Source of the DNA: Ostreococcus lucimarinus
Taxonomy: Eukaryota
Assembly (NCBI GenBank): GCA_000092065.1
Contig: CP000583.1
DNA: 64,000 bases
Strand: one strand, 5' to 3'
Positions 1 through 8,506 of the stretch are shown here, piece after piece (position 1 is the first letter of the stretch; each line of letters starts with the position of its first letter). The notes under the pieces were generated by a model that was not told where the DNA came from, searched no databases, and was given only the letters and a program-made list of their open reading frames with translations. A program made the position numbers and the translations under genes.

Positions 1-1
1 G

Positions 2-1330
2 GTGTACGCGGCGGCGTTTGAGAATGGCGACGTGAAATTCAGGCACAATTTTGTCGGCACAAAGGGATTCACCGAAGAGCAAGCGGCGCAAAAGATGATT
101 TACAAGGGCGCTTTCGCGATTGGTAACCCCAAGGGTGATTCGCTTTACAACCCTTTCGATTTCGATGTTAAGAACGTGGCTAACACTGGCGTCGTCAACT
201 GGGGCGGCGAGACGTACGCGTTGTGGGAAGGTGGCAAACCGCACAAGATGCGCTCGGAGGATTTGAAGACTGTCGGCGAGGTTGATGAAGTTCTCGGCAC
301 GAAGCTTCGTGTGCCGCAAATGGCCGCGCACTACAGAATTTGGGAAGGTGCAACCGAGGAAGAGAAACGCCTGATCGGCTTTAGCATCGAAAGCCAAGCG
401 TCTTTTCCGCAAAACGTCAACCGCGCCGCGTTTTACGAGTGGGACTCCCAAGGCAAGGCGACGGCTGTGAATAACTTTGACGTCCCGAACGCCACTTTTG
501 GATTCTTTCACGATTGCCTCGTCACGGAGAACTGGTACTTTTTGTTCCAAAATCCCACGAGTTTGAACCCGCAAAAGCTTCTCACCGAGTACATGTTTGC
601 CAAGTGCGCGTTGGCGGAGACGATTTGCATGGTGGATGGAAAGAGCGCAATTTTGCACTGCTTGCCTCGCACGGAGAAGGCGCGTAAGATTGGACAAAAG
701 GCCATCGAGCTCAAACCGCAATTCTTCTTTCACCACATCAACGCATTCGAGCGCGAGAACGGCGACGTCGTCTTGGACTCCTTGCCTTGGGTCTTTATGG
801 ACTTTTCGATGAATCTCGACTCGGTGAATCCGGCGTTTTTCAACGGTGGTTCCAGAGTCGAGTACACGCGATTCGTTGTCAATCCAGTGCGTGAGACGTG
901 CAAGCAGACGGTATTGAACAATCGTGTTGGGGAATTTCCGACGATGAACAACAAGTTTGTTGGTCGTAAATACACGCACGCTTACAGCGCGGGAACCATC
1001 GTCAAGGATGACGTCAAGTGGGGCCCGAATCAGTGCTTGGTGAAACATACCACGGACCCGAACAGCGAGGCGCCGGCGCAAGAGCAAGTTTGGTACTATG
1101 GCGAACGGTGTTTTGTGCAGGAACCGATCTTTGCGCCACGTCCTGGAGCGACAAAGGAAGACGAGGGATGGATTCTGCAAGTCGTGAACGACGCCGGCGC
1201 AGAGACGTCGACGCTCCACATCTTCGACGCGTTGGACATCACGAAGGGACCGGTTGCAAGCGTGCTGTTCGAGGGCGAGCACTTGCCGCCAGGACTCCAC
1301 GGCATGTGGGCGCAAGACGCTGTGTATTAG
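2..1330 (+). CDS. Carotenoid cleavage dioxygenase (RPE65/CCD family), C-terminal ~440 aa. The 5' end is truncated by the window edge.
   Basis: In-frame from the window start. FHHINAFE iron-binding His motif and a C-terminal GLHGMW-type end are typical of carotenoid oxygenases. TGTAA motif 23 nt after the stop. Confidence 0.8.
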   Translation: MYAAAFENGDVKFRHNFVGTKGFTEEQAAQKMIYKGAFAIGNPKGDSLYNPFDFDVKNVANTGVVNWGGETYALWEGGKPHKMRSEDLKTVGEVDEVLGTKLRVPQMAAHYRIWEGATEEEKRLIGFSIESQASFPQNVNRAAFYEWDSQGKATAVNNFDVPNATFGFFHDCLVTENWYFLFQNPTSLNPQKLLTEYMFAKCALAETICMVDGKSAILHCLPRTEKARKIGQKAIELKPQFFFHHINAFERENGDVVLDSLPWVFMDFSMNLDSVNPAFFNGGSRVEYTRFVVNPVRETCKQTVLNNRVGEFPTMNNKFVGRKYTHAYSAGTIVKDDVKWGPNQCLVKHTTDPNSEAPAQEQVWYYGERCFVQEPIFAPRPGATKEDEGWILQVVNDAGAETSTLHIFDALDITKGPVASVLFEGEHLPPGLHGMWAQDAVY

Positions 1331-1432
1331 GATTTAGCAGTACACCAAGGAGTGTAATTTATTAAAAGATCAATTGTGCGTAATTAATGGATACATGGCG
1401 GCGAGCGAGCGAGCGACAGAGAACGTGTTAAT

Positions 1433-2509
1433 TCAACATTCATCAAACCGTTCGGTCGACGGTTTGGGCACCGCTGGCGGCGGTAAAAGACTGTGATTTA
1501 CGTCTGGTCCGAGTTGCAGAGCGCGACTCCAGCATTCTTCGGGTAAAATCATCGTGCACATGTCGTCCGTGCACCCGCTCAAGCCTTCTTTCGACTCTTG
1601 CGCGAGGACGTAACACTCCTTGGTGTGCATCGACGCCTCGATTGAAATTGAATCCCGTCTTTCCAAAATGATCGGCTGCGAGTTCGACGGGTTCGCGATA
1701 CGTTCGTACTCTGCCACGGTCCAATGAAACCAGCGCATGAGAAACAAGCGCAAGGTCAAACCGTGAGTGCACAAAATCATATTCGCGTCTTCTGGAAATC
1801 GGCCTGCGTCGATGTCGCGCACCATGTGGTCTGAAAACATCGTGATTCTATCGTACACATCCGCACCGCTTTCTCCGTTCGGAAAGCGATAGAAGAACCG
1901 TCCGAACCGATGTCTTTCGAGTTTTTCGGCCTGCTTGCGTTCGTAATCTTGGAAGTTCCCAAAATCTTGCTCGCGCAACTGCGGCTCTTCTCGAACGCCC
2001 AAAATCTGTCTTCCCGAGAAGGCTTTGGCGATGCCGATGGCCGTCTCCTTCGACCGACGATACGGTGAGATGTAAAAGAACAGTTTATAATCATCCCCAT
2101 CCGCGTCCATCATATCTCGAAGCTCTCGCCCCGTGCTTTCCGCCTGTTCGTGTCCTCGCGCCGTCAACCGCACTTGCGAATCCGGCGTCCGCGTGTACTC
2201 GCTCTCGTCCACGTTCCCCTCGGACTCACCGTGCCGCACGAGCACGATCCTCCGCGGGAGTTTTCTCGTCGTGCTCCCGTACGCGTACGTCGGTTCACCG
2301 ACCAAGAAATGCTCCGGGCCCGCCCCTCGCACCGCGCTCGCCGCGCGGTTTTCGTCCCGCGCGGCGTCGCGCGCGAACGCCGCATCGCTCGTTCGCGGAT
2401 CCACCGCGTCCCGCCGCGTCGTCGTCGTCGACCGCCGTCTCGGCGTCGCGCGCGCGCGACGTCCGCGCGTCGTCGTCGTCGACGCCGAGATCGCGCGCGC
2501 GCGCGCCAT
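1433..2509 (-). CDS. Histidine phosphatase, phosphoglycerate-mutase-like, with an Arg/Thr/Ser-rich N-terminal extension (possible presequence).
   Basis: LVRHGESEGN (RHG catalytic motif) and a C-terminal CTHG motif. ATG at 2507-2509 on the minus strand. Confidence 0.65.
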   Translation of the reverse strand: MARARAISASTTTTRGRRARATPRRRSTTTTRRDAVDPRTSDAAFARDAARDENRAASAVRGAGPEHFLVGEPTYAYGSTTRKLPRRIVLVRHGESEGNVDESEYTRTPDSQVRLTARGHEQAESTGRELRDMMDADGDDYKLFFYISPYRRSKETAIGIAKAFSGRQILGVREEPQLREQDFGNFQDYERKQAEKLERHRFGRFFYRFPNGESGADVYDRITMFSDHMVRDIDAGRFPEDANMILCTHGLTLRLFLMRWFHWTVAEYERIANPSNSQPIILERRDSISIEASMHTKECYVLAQESKEGLSGCTDDMCTMILPEECWSRALQLGPDVNHSLLPPPAVPKPSTERFDEC

Positions 2510-2700
2510 CGTCCACTGCGGCGTCGCGCCGCGCGGCGACGCGTCGGGACGCGCGTCTCACACACGGATCACACGGGATCGTCGCGCCGGATCGCGACGC
2601 GATCGCGCCGTTCGCGACGCGCTCGACGCGCGCGCGCGGTAAAGCGCGACGCGAACCTCGCGCGGAGACTTCCTGCGCCGCTCGGACGCGCTCGACGACG

Positions 2701-3039
2701 ATGCGGACGATCGCGCGCGTCGCGGGCGTCGCGAACGCGCGCCGAGTCGCGACGCCACGTCAGCGCGCGCGACGCGCGGCGTCGACGGTCGCGACGCGCG
2801 CGAAGGAGGCGAACGCGGCGTCGGAGACGGTGGACGACGTCGCGCTGGGCATGGAGCCGTGTCTCGTGGGATGGGCGGATAAGGACGCGAACGGGGCGGA
2901 CGTGTACTGCTGCGAACAACCGGGGGGCGAAGTCGCGTGCCAAGTCGCGGACACGACGGAGAAGGTGGAGTGCGCGATCATCGAGGACGAGGAGACGGGA
3001 GAGATGACGGTGGATTGCTCGAAGATCGAGAGGGCGTGA
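2701..3039 (+). CDS. Small (112 aa) protein: basic Ala/Arg-rich presequence followed by an acidic 6-Cys domain. Unknown family.
   Basis: Internal ATG of the 2065..3039 ORF. The last ~65 codons have near-saturated GC3 and non-repetitive acidic/Cys composition (CLVGW...YCCEQPGGEVACQ...VECAIIEDEETGEMTVDCSKIERA). The upstream part of the long ORF is Arg-rich CG-repeat and would overlap the start of the PGM-like gene. Confidence 0.45.
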   Translation: MRTIARVAGVANARRVATPRQRARRAASTVATRAKEANAASETVDDVALGMEPCLVGWADKDANGADVYCCEQPGGEVACQVADTTEKVECAIIEDEETGEMTVDCSKIERA

Positions 3040-3185
3040 GATAGTGGACGTCGCGTCGCGCGCGCGCGCTGTAAGTTATGCGGAGAATATCGCTCTCGCC
3101 GTCGCGCGCGACTCGCGCTCGCGACTGTGTCTTTTTCTCAACTATATTAAAACTGGGGTTCCTAATGGCGACTCGCGCGCTCGAA

Positions 3186-4350
3186 TCAATGCTTCGCCGC
3201 GGCCGCCCGCTGCTTCTTCTCGTCCGCTTTCTTAATGTCGCGCCTGATTTGACCGATGACGAGCGGACGCAAGACGAAGGCTTGAAACAAGAACAGGGGG
3301 AGAATCCAAATCTTGTGCTTGTTGTTCGGGTCGAGCTTCTTGCCAGCCTTGCCGTGGTCGTACTCGTAGCCATCCTTCGAGCACGCCATTTCTACCATCG
3401 TGCTCACCATGTCCGATAACCAAGGTCGATCGTTGACAACCTTCTCTCCGTTGCCGTTCGTCTTGCATCGAGATCCGTTTTCGATGAGCGCGAACGGAAG
3501 CGCCAAGTTGGGCATGTTCAGCGTCGACCGAATCGCCTTGCGGTATTGCTCCACGCGAGCGTTGACGAATTCTTCGTACGGTCTACCGTCCGTCGGCGTG
3601 GTTTGAGCGTGCGAGAACCCGAGCACTGTGCGTTCCCAAAGTTCCGCCCCAAAGTTTTCAGCCAACGAAGTGAAAATCGCCTTGTCCGCGTTGTCCACTC
3701 TCCACGTGTCCAAACGGTCAGTGAACACGAACGCATCCACCTTGCGCCCGTTCAGCGCCGCGCGAAGCGCCATGAGTCCTCGCGCGCTGACGGAATCACC
3801 CTCGAGCAACCCCGGAGTGTCTAAAACGTTCAGCGTGAATCCCGCCGCGACGCGTCCCGCGAGCAACGGTCGCACGTTCTCCGGTTGAAACGGCGAGCTC
3901 GGCGCCACTCGCTCGTTCAACAGCGTGTTCACCGTCGACGATTTCCCTACGCCTTGTTTCCCGATGAAAATCACCGTCATCTCGTTCACGTTACGCTCCC
4001 GGAGCTTACCGAGCGTCTCCAACAGCGCGCTCTGCGTCGCCGCCGGCATCGAGCTCAGCCCGACCCATTCCTTCGGTCCGAGCACCGGCGCCGCCGCCTG
4101 CGCCGGCTGTCCTTCGCCGCCCTCCTCGGTTCCTTCCACGCCTGCGTCACCATCGCGCGTCGCGCGCCCGTTCGTCAGTCACCGCGCGCGTCGAGAGCGC
4201 GCCGATCGACGACGCGCGCAGAGAACCCTAAAGCGGCGCGCACGCCATTCATCGCGTCGCGCGTCGCGTCGAACCGCGATCGCGCCCGCGCGCACCTTCG
4301 CCTTCGCTCGAGACGTAATCTTCGTCTTCGCTGTACTCTTCCTCGCTCAT
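3186..4350 (-). CDS. TOC34: Toc34-type GTPase of the plastid outer envelope translocon (AIG1-type G domain, C-terminal TM). Two exons: join(4296..4350, 3186..4141) on the minus strand.
   Basis: IGKQGVGKSSTVN P-loop, and an EWVG...PAATQ N-terminal motif as in plant Toc33/34. The track ORF starts at GTG. Upstream ATG at 4350 encodes MSEEEYSEDEDYVSSEGEG, followed by a GTGCGC donor, a gactgac branch and a cag acceptor at 4142-4144, in frame with EWVG. Confidence 0.7.
4142..4295 (-). other. Intron (154 nt) of the Toc34 gene.
   Basis: Minus-strand donor G|GTGCGC at 4295, branch-like gactgac about 20 nt from the 3' end, acceptor cag at 4142-4144. Confidence 0.5.
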
Positions 4351-4521
4351 CGTGGCTCGCGCGCGCGCGGGAAAGTGCGGGCGAGGCGCCTCGTTCGACC
4401 GTCCCGAGGTCGGGACGCCGCGCGCGCGACGAACGCGCTCGTTCACAACGCTAATTCTACGACGACGCGTCGCGCGCTCGCGCCCGCGCGCGCTTCTGGC
4501 GTCATCCGAGTTTCGAGGCGT

Positions 4522-4884
4522 TCATCCCTCGCGCCACTGCCTCGCGCACTTGACGCACTTGTAAAACACCGACATCGGCTCGTCCGCGCTCCTGATTTGT
4601 ATCTGCATAAAGTACGCCTCGTCGTGCGCGCACCCCGGGCACGTCGCCGACGTCTTATCCACGTTTCGCCACGCGTCGTCGCCGCCCAAGACGTCGTCCA
4701 CGGTCTTCTTTCGCGCGTCCACGCGCTGTTTCACGCCGTCGACGACGTCGTACGCGTACGGGCACGACGCGCAGCGCAGCCGGACGGCGCCGCCGACGCC
4801 CGCGCCGGCGCCGGACGTCGACGCGTCCGCGGCGCCGCGCTCGAGGAGCAACAGATTCGCGCACGTCGGGCAAAAGGTGAGCAT
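4522..4884 (-). CDS. RPC10: RNA polymerase III subunit C11 (RPC10). N-terminal zinc ribbon plus a C-terminal TFIIS-type zinc ribbon.
   Basis: MLTFCPTCANLL start at a true ATG (4884). C-terminal CPGC...QIRSADEP...CVKC carries the catalytic acidic DE loop of C11/A12.2-type subunits. 120 aa. Confidence 0.7.
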   Translation of the reverse strand: MLTFCPTCANLLLLERGAADASTSGAGAGVGGAVRLRCASCPYAYDVVDGVKQRVDARKKTVDDVLGGDDAWRNVDKTSATCPGCAHDEAYFMQIQIRSADEPMSVFYKCVKCARQWREG

Positions 4885-5121
4885 GGCGCGCGACGACGCC
4901 GGCGCCGCGCGACGACGCGCGACGACGCGCGATGCGAGGCGAAGAGTGACGCGCGGCGGTCGAGCGGCAGTGCTCGCCTCGCGACCGCGCGCGCGACGCG
5001 CGACGCGCGCGACGCGCTCGACGCGCGTTCGAGCGCGTCGACGCGCGCGCGTCGACGCGCGACGCGACGCGGGCGCGACGCGCGCGCGCGGTGAATTCGC
5101 ATTCGGTTGGAACGCGGGACG

Positions 5122-8100
5122 ATGCGCGGCGCGCCGCCGTCGCCGTCGTGGTACGGCGCGCACGCGGCGTGCGCGACGCGCGATGGTGGTTTAGTCTACG
5201 CGTCGGATAAGGCGGTGTGCGTGCTGGACGGGGAGACGGGCGCGGTGCGAGGACTCGTGGGGACGAAGGCGCGGGCGCTCGCGGTGTGCGCGGCGACGAC
5301 GAGCGAGACGCGGGAGGGCGAGGACGACGAGGGAGGAGGCGCGCGCGAGGTCGTCGTGTGCGGGTGCGCGGATAAGGTTTTGAGGACGCTCGACGCGCGC
5401 GCGATGGCGTTCGTGGGGAAGACGATGACGGGAGGACATAAACACGAGGTGACGGCGACGTGCGCGCGGGGCGCGGGCGAAGTCGCGAGCGGATGTCGAG
5501 ACGGGACGGTGGCGGTCTGGCGCGTGCTGGGGAACGGATCGCCGACGTGCGCGTACAAAGCGATCGATGGACCGATCACGTGCATGGCCGCGGTTGGGGA
5601 CGTGATCGCGGTGGGAGGGGCGAATGGGACGGTGTGCGCGCTCAACGCGAGGAGCGGCGCGACGCATCGCGTGGCGGCGAGCGGATACGGGGAGATCACG
5701 TCGCTCGCGTGGACGACGGGTGGCGTGGGAGAGGGAGAGACGAAGGATCTTTTAGCTGTGGGTAGTCGAGAGAGACGAGTGACGATATGGGCCTTGGAGG
5801 GTGACAAGCTCGTGAACACGCACGAGTTGAGATTGCCGAAACCAAAGGCGGCGCTGAGCGAAGCGCAACGCGGTCGCGTGTGGGTCGCCGTCGCGTGGTC
5901 GCCGCGCGCGAGCGGTGATGACAAAGGTGACAATGAGTGCGTGGAATTAGTTACGTCTGGACAAGGTGGGGATTTGCTTTCGTGGCGCGTACCTTTGAAA
6001 TTCGGCGACGGCGTGGAAGAAGTGACGGAGGCGAAAACGTTTGGGCCGAGAGACGTCGCGCACACTCGAACGGTGTTCACCATCGATATTGCCGACGACA
6101 CGTGTTGGAGTACGAGTTTAGATAGGAAAGTAGCGTGTTGGGACTTGGAGACGGTCGAGCAGCGGTGGTCGTTCACCGCACTAGGTGGATACGTGTACGA
6201 TTTAGCGACGGACGCCGAAGATCCATTCGCGGTGGCCATCGCGTGCGGCGATGGAACCGTGCACGGGTGGGATCTGTCTCCCACGCTGTCCAGTGGGTTA
6301 GGAGAGTCACTTCTTTGGAAAGGGATTCCAAACACAAAAGTCACAGCTATCGCGCGGAAGCCGCGAAGCGAAGTCGTAGCGTTCGGCCTCGACGACGGAC
6401 GCGTCGGATGCTTTGACGTGACAACCGGAAAGTTTGCGTGCTACCCCGAGTGTCACGGTGCATCGGTACGCGCACTGCAGTGGTTTGAAATATGCAACGT
6501 CGGTGAAGAGTCTGGCACGTTCACGCTCACGAGTTTGGGTGCGGATGGGTCGTTGTGGCGGTGGATGGAAACATTTGACCCGGCGTCGTGCGACACGAAA
6601 AAATCTGGCATAGTCGACGCGCGGAAATTCGGCAAGTACCTCGACTTGGCACGCCTGTGCGGTGGAGAAACCGCGAAGGATACTCGAAGCATCGAAGCAT
6701 TCGACTATTCAAGTGTTTTCGGGCGATTTGCGATCGGCTGGTCAGACGGTGAATTGAGCGCGCATGATTTTGGTGAAGAAAAGTGGCGCCGGCGAGAACA
6801 CAGTAAGAGCGTTTCTCGCGTGAAATGGCATCCTGAATGCGACGACGATGCGAGCGACTTCACCGCTTGGCTCGCCACTTCTTCAACGAGTGGAAGTGTC
6901 ATCATACATGGTGTAGGTGGTGATGTTATTTGCGCGCTTCCACGTGCCGCGGTCTACGACATTGCGTGGTCGCAACAAAAGAGCGTCGCGCTTTTGGCGT
7001 GCGCTCTCCACGGCGCCATCAAAGTTTGGCGCATCGATAAGACTGTGAATGAATTTCATCCGGTGAATATCGCGGTACTGCGTGGTCATTTTGGCAAGGT
7101 GATGTGTGTACAGTTTGCGACGCACGATGACGAGACGATCATCAGCGGGGGCGACGATAAAACTTTCCGAGTGTGGCGTTACAAGGATGACGAGCACGCG
7201 CCGCGCGAAAACGAAACGCCGGCGAATAAGGACTCAGCCGCGGTGGTCGATGAAAACGCAGCGTGCGAGTCGCCTACAAAGTCGTCGAAGACACAAAAAC
7301 CGTGTGTGGTGAAGACGAAAAAGGTTAGATCGAGCGGTCTCAGTGGGGCGTTGCTCAAGCCGTCGCACGAGGAAAGCACGCCAACAGGAATACGCGCGAG
7401 CCAGGAAGCCGTCGTCGCTCTTGCTCGTCGCGCGTACAAAGGCGCCAACGATCCGTTGAGCGCAAACGAATTGAAGTATGGACCGAGTGGCTTGGGTTTG
7501 TATGAAGACGCCGACGCGGCGATGGCGCTGCTGATGAACGAGGCCAGGCTCGCATCGGATGAAAATCCGTCGACGCACGAACTCGAGCGCGCGGTGGCGC
7601 TGCACATGTATCGAGGCGATTACGCACACGCCGCGGCGACAGTCTTGCAAGCGAGCGAGGCGCCAATTTCACACGAGCTCATGTCGCTCTTTGTCGGCGG
7701 TGGATACGACGTGTGGTCCATCGTAGCTGCCGCGCAACGCGAGCGATTAGAAATCGCGGGCGAGCATCAGCTCGCGGCGATGGTATCGCTGTCCTTGCAC
7801 GACGTGCGAGGCGCGATTCAGACACTCAGACGTGGCGGTTTGGTTCGAGATGCCGCCGCACTCGCCGCCGCCAGACTCTTACCGACGGACGAACTATTAC
7901 TCGATACGAGACGAGAGCTCGCCGCCGTGGAAGAAACGCGCGGAGGGATGGAGTCCGCCGCCAAGGCGCACATCTCCATCCGCGCTCCCGCCGCCGCAGT
8001 TCGCGCGCTCATTCGCGCCGACGCCGGCGGCGCGCTCGCCGCCGCCAATCTCGCCCTCGAGTGTGGTTTAACCGGTCCACAGGAACGTCGAACCATCGTT

Positions 8101-8295
8101 CGAGCCGCCCTCGAGCTCGCCGAGACCGACGATTTCGATCGCGCCGTCGCGATGCTCGCCGACCTCGCCGCGATTCTCCGGCGCCGAGATTCCGACGTCG
8201 CCGTGACCGACGCCATCACCGCCGCCACCGCGCCCGATTCTCGCGTCGCCGTCGAGCTCACGCGGCGCCTTCGCGCCCTCGAGCTCGACGCGTAG
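5122..8295 (+). CDS. WD40-repeat protein, Gemin5-like: multi-blade N-terminal WD40 region plus an Ala-rich helical C-terminal region.
   Basis: N-terminus PPSPSWYGAH resembles the Gemin5 N-terminus (PPSPNWYCAR). Repeated WD signatures (GDGTVHGWD, DGTVAVWRV, DDKTFRVW). ATG at 5122; the track ORF starts at TTG. Confidence 0.55.
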   Translation: MRGAPPSPSWYGAHAACATRDGGLVYASDKAVCVLDGETGAVRGLVGTKARALAVCAATTSETREGEDDEGGGAREVVVCGCADKVLRTLDARAMAFVGKTMTGGHKHEVTATCARGAGEVASGCRDGTVAVWRVLGNGSPTCAYKAIDGPITCMAAVGDVIAVGGANGTVCALNARSGATHRVAASGYGEITSLAWTTGGVGEGETKDLLAVGSRERRVTIWALEGDKLVNTHELRLPKPKAALSEAQRGRVWVAVAWSPRASGDDKGDNECVELVTSGQGGDLLSWRVPLKFGDGVEEVTEAKTFGPRDVAHTRTVFTIDIADDTCWSTSLDRKVACWDLETVEQRWSFTALGGYVYDLATDAEDPFAVAIACGDGTVHGWDLSPTLSSGLGESLLWKGIPNTKVTAIARKPRSEVVAFGLDDGRVGCFDVTTGKFACYPECHGASVRALQWFEICNVGEESGTFTLTSLGADGSLWRWMETFDPASCDTKKSGIVDARKFGKYLDLARLCGGETAKDTRSIEAFDYSSVFGRFAIGWSDGELSAHDFGEEKWRRREHSKSVSRVKWHPECDDDASDFTAWLATSSTSGSVIIHGVGGDVICALPRAAVYDIAWSQQKSVALLACALHGAIKVWRIDKTVNEFHPVNIAVLRGHFGKVMCVQFATHDDETIISGGDDKTFRVWRYKDDEHAPRENETPANKDSAAVVDENAACESPTKSSKTQKPCVVKTKKVRSSGLSGALLKPSHEESTPTGIRASQEAVVALARRAYKGANDPLSANELKYGPSGLGLYEDADAAMALLMNEARLASDENPSTHELERAVALHMYRGDYAHAAATVLQASEAPISHELMSLFVGGGYDVWSIVAAAQRERLEIAGEHQLAAMVSLSLHDVRGAIQTLRRGGLVRDAAALAAARLLPTDELLLDTRRELAAVEETRGGMESAAKAHISIRAPAAAVRALIRADAGGALAAANLALECGLTGPQERRTIVRAALELAETDDFDRAVAMLADLAAILRRRDSDVAVTDAITAATAPDSRVAVELTRRLRALELDA

Positions 8296-8506
8296 TTCTC
8301 GCGTCGCCGACGCGACGCGACGCGTGTAGCAGCCCAAACCAACCGTCCCCAGTAACCGTCAATCCTCCGCCGCGTCACATCGAGCCGCGCGCCTCGCCGA
8401 CGCCGACGCGCGCGCGACGCCGAAGCGCGCGCGAAGCGCGACGACGCGCGCGAGGCGACGCGCGACGTCGCGCGACGCCGACGTCGGCCCGGCGGCGGCG
8501 CCGCAG

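Noticed and set aside
2065-3007. Long Arg/Ala/Pro-rich ORFs on both strands in CG-rich blocks. Examples: 2150..3007 +, 2164..2565 -, 4731..5102 -, 7713..8516 +, 17298..18575 - (425 aa), 24440..25459 -, 29572..30876 - (434 aa), 40445..41458 -, 44644..45465 +, 62799..63785 -, 22579..23220 -.
   Set aside because: They are the product of (CGN)n/CGCG-repeat sequence that is stop-free in several frames. They overlap better-supported genes, have homopolymeric R/A/P/S composition and show no domain signal. I treat them as phantoms.
4139-4139. Track-reported M starts at 2, 4139, 5107, 13717, 16187, 29896, 32986, 40377, 45243 and 54987.
   Set aside because: These are GTG/TTG codons that the ORF caller translated as Met. 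For a eukaryotic nuclear genome I re-anchored each gene to an in-frame ATG or to an upstream spliced exon.
5196-6344. 382-aa minus-strand ORF antisense to the Gemin5-like gene. Similar antisense ORFs occur inside PA200 (9898..10626), Top3 (21326..22252) and Vps15 (36908..37570).
   Set aside because: They are mirror frames of confidently assigned, domain-bearing genes on the opposite strand, with low-complexity composition. This is expected in high-GC DNA.
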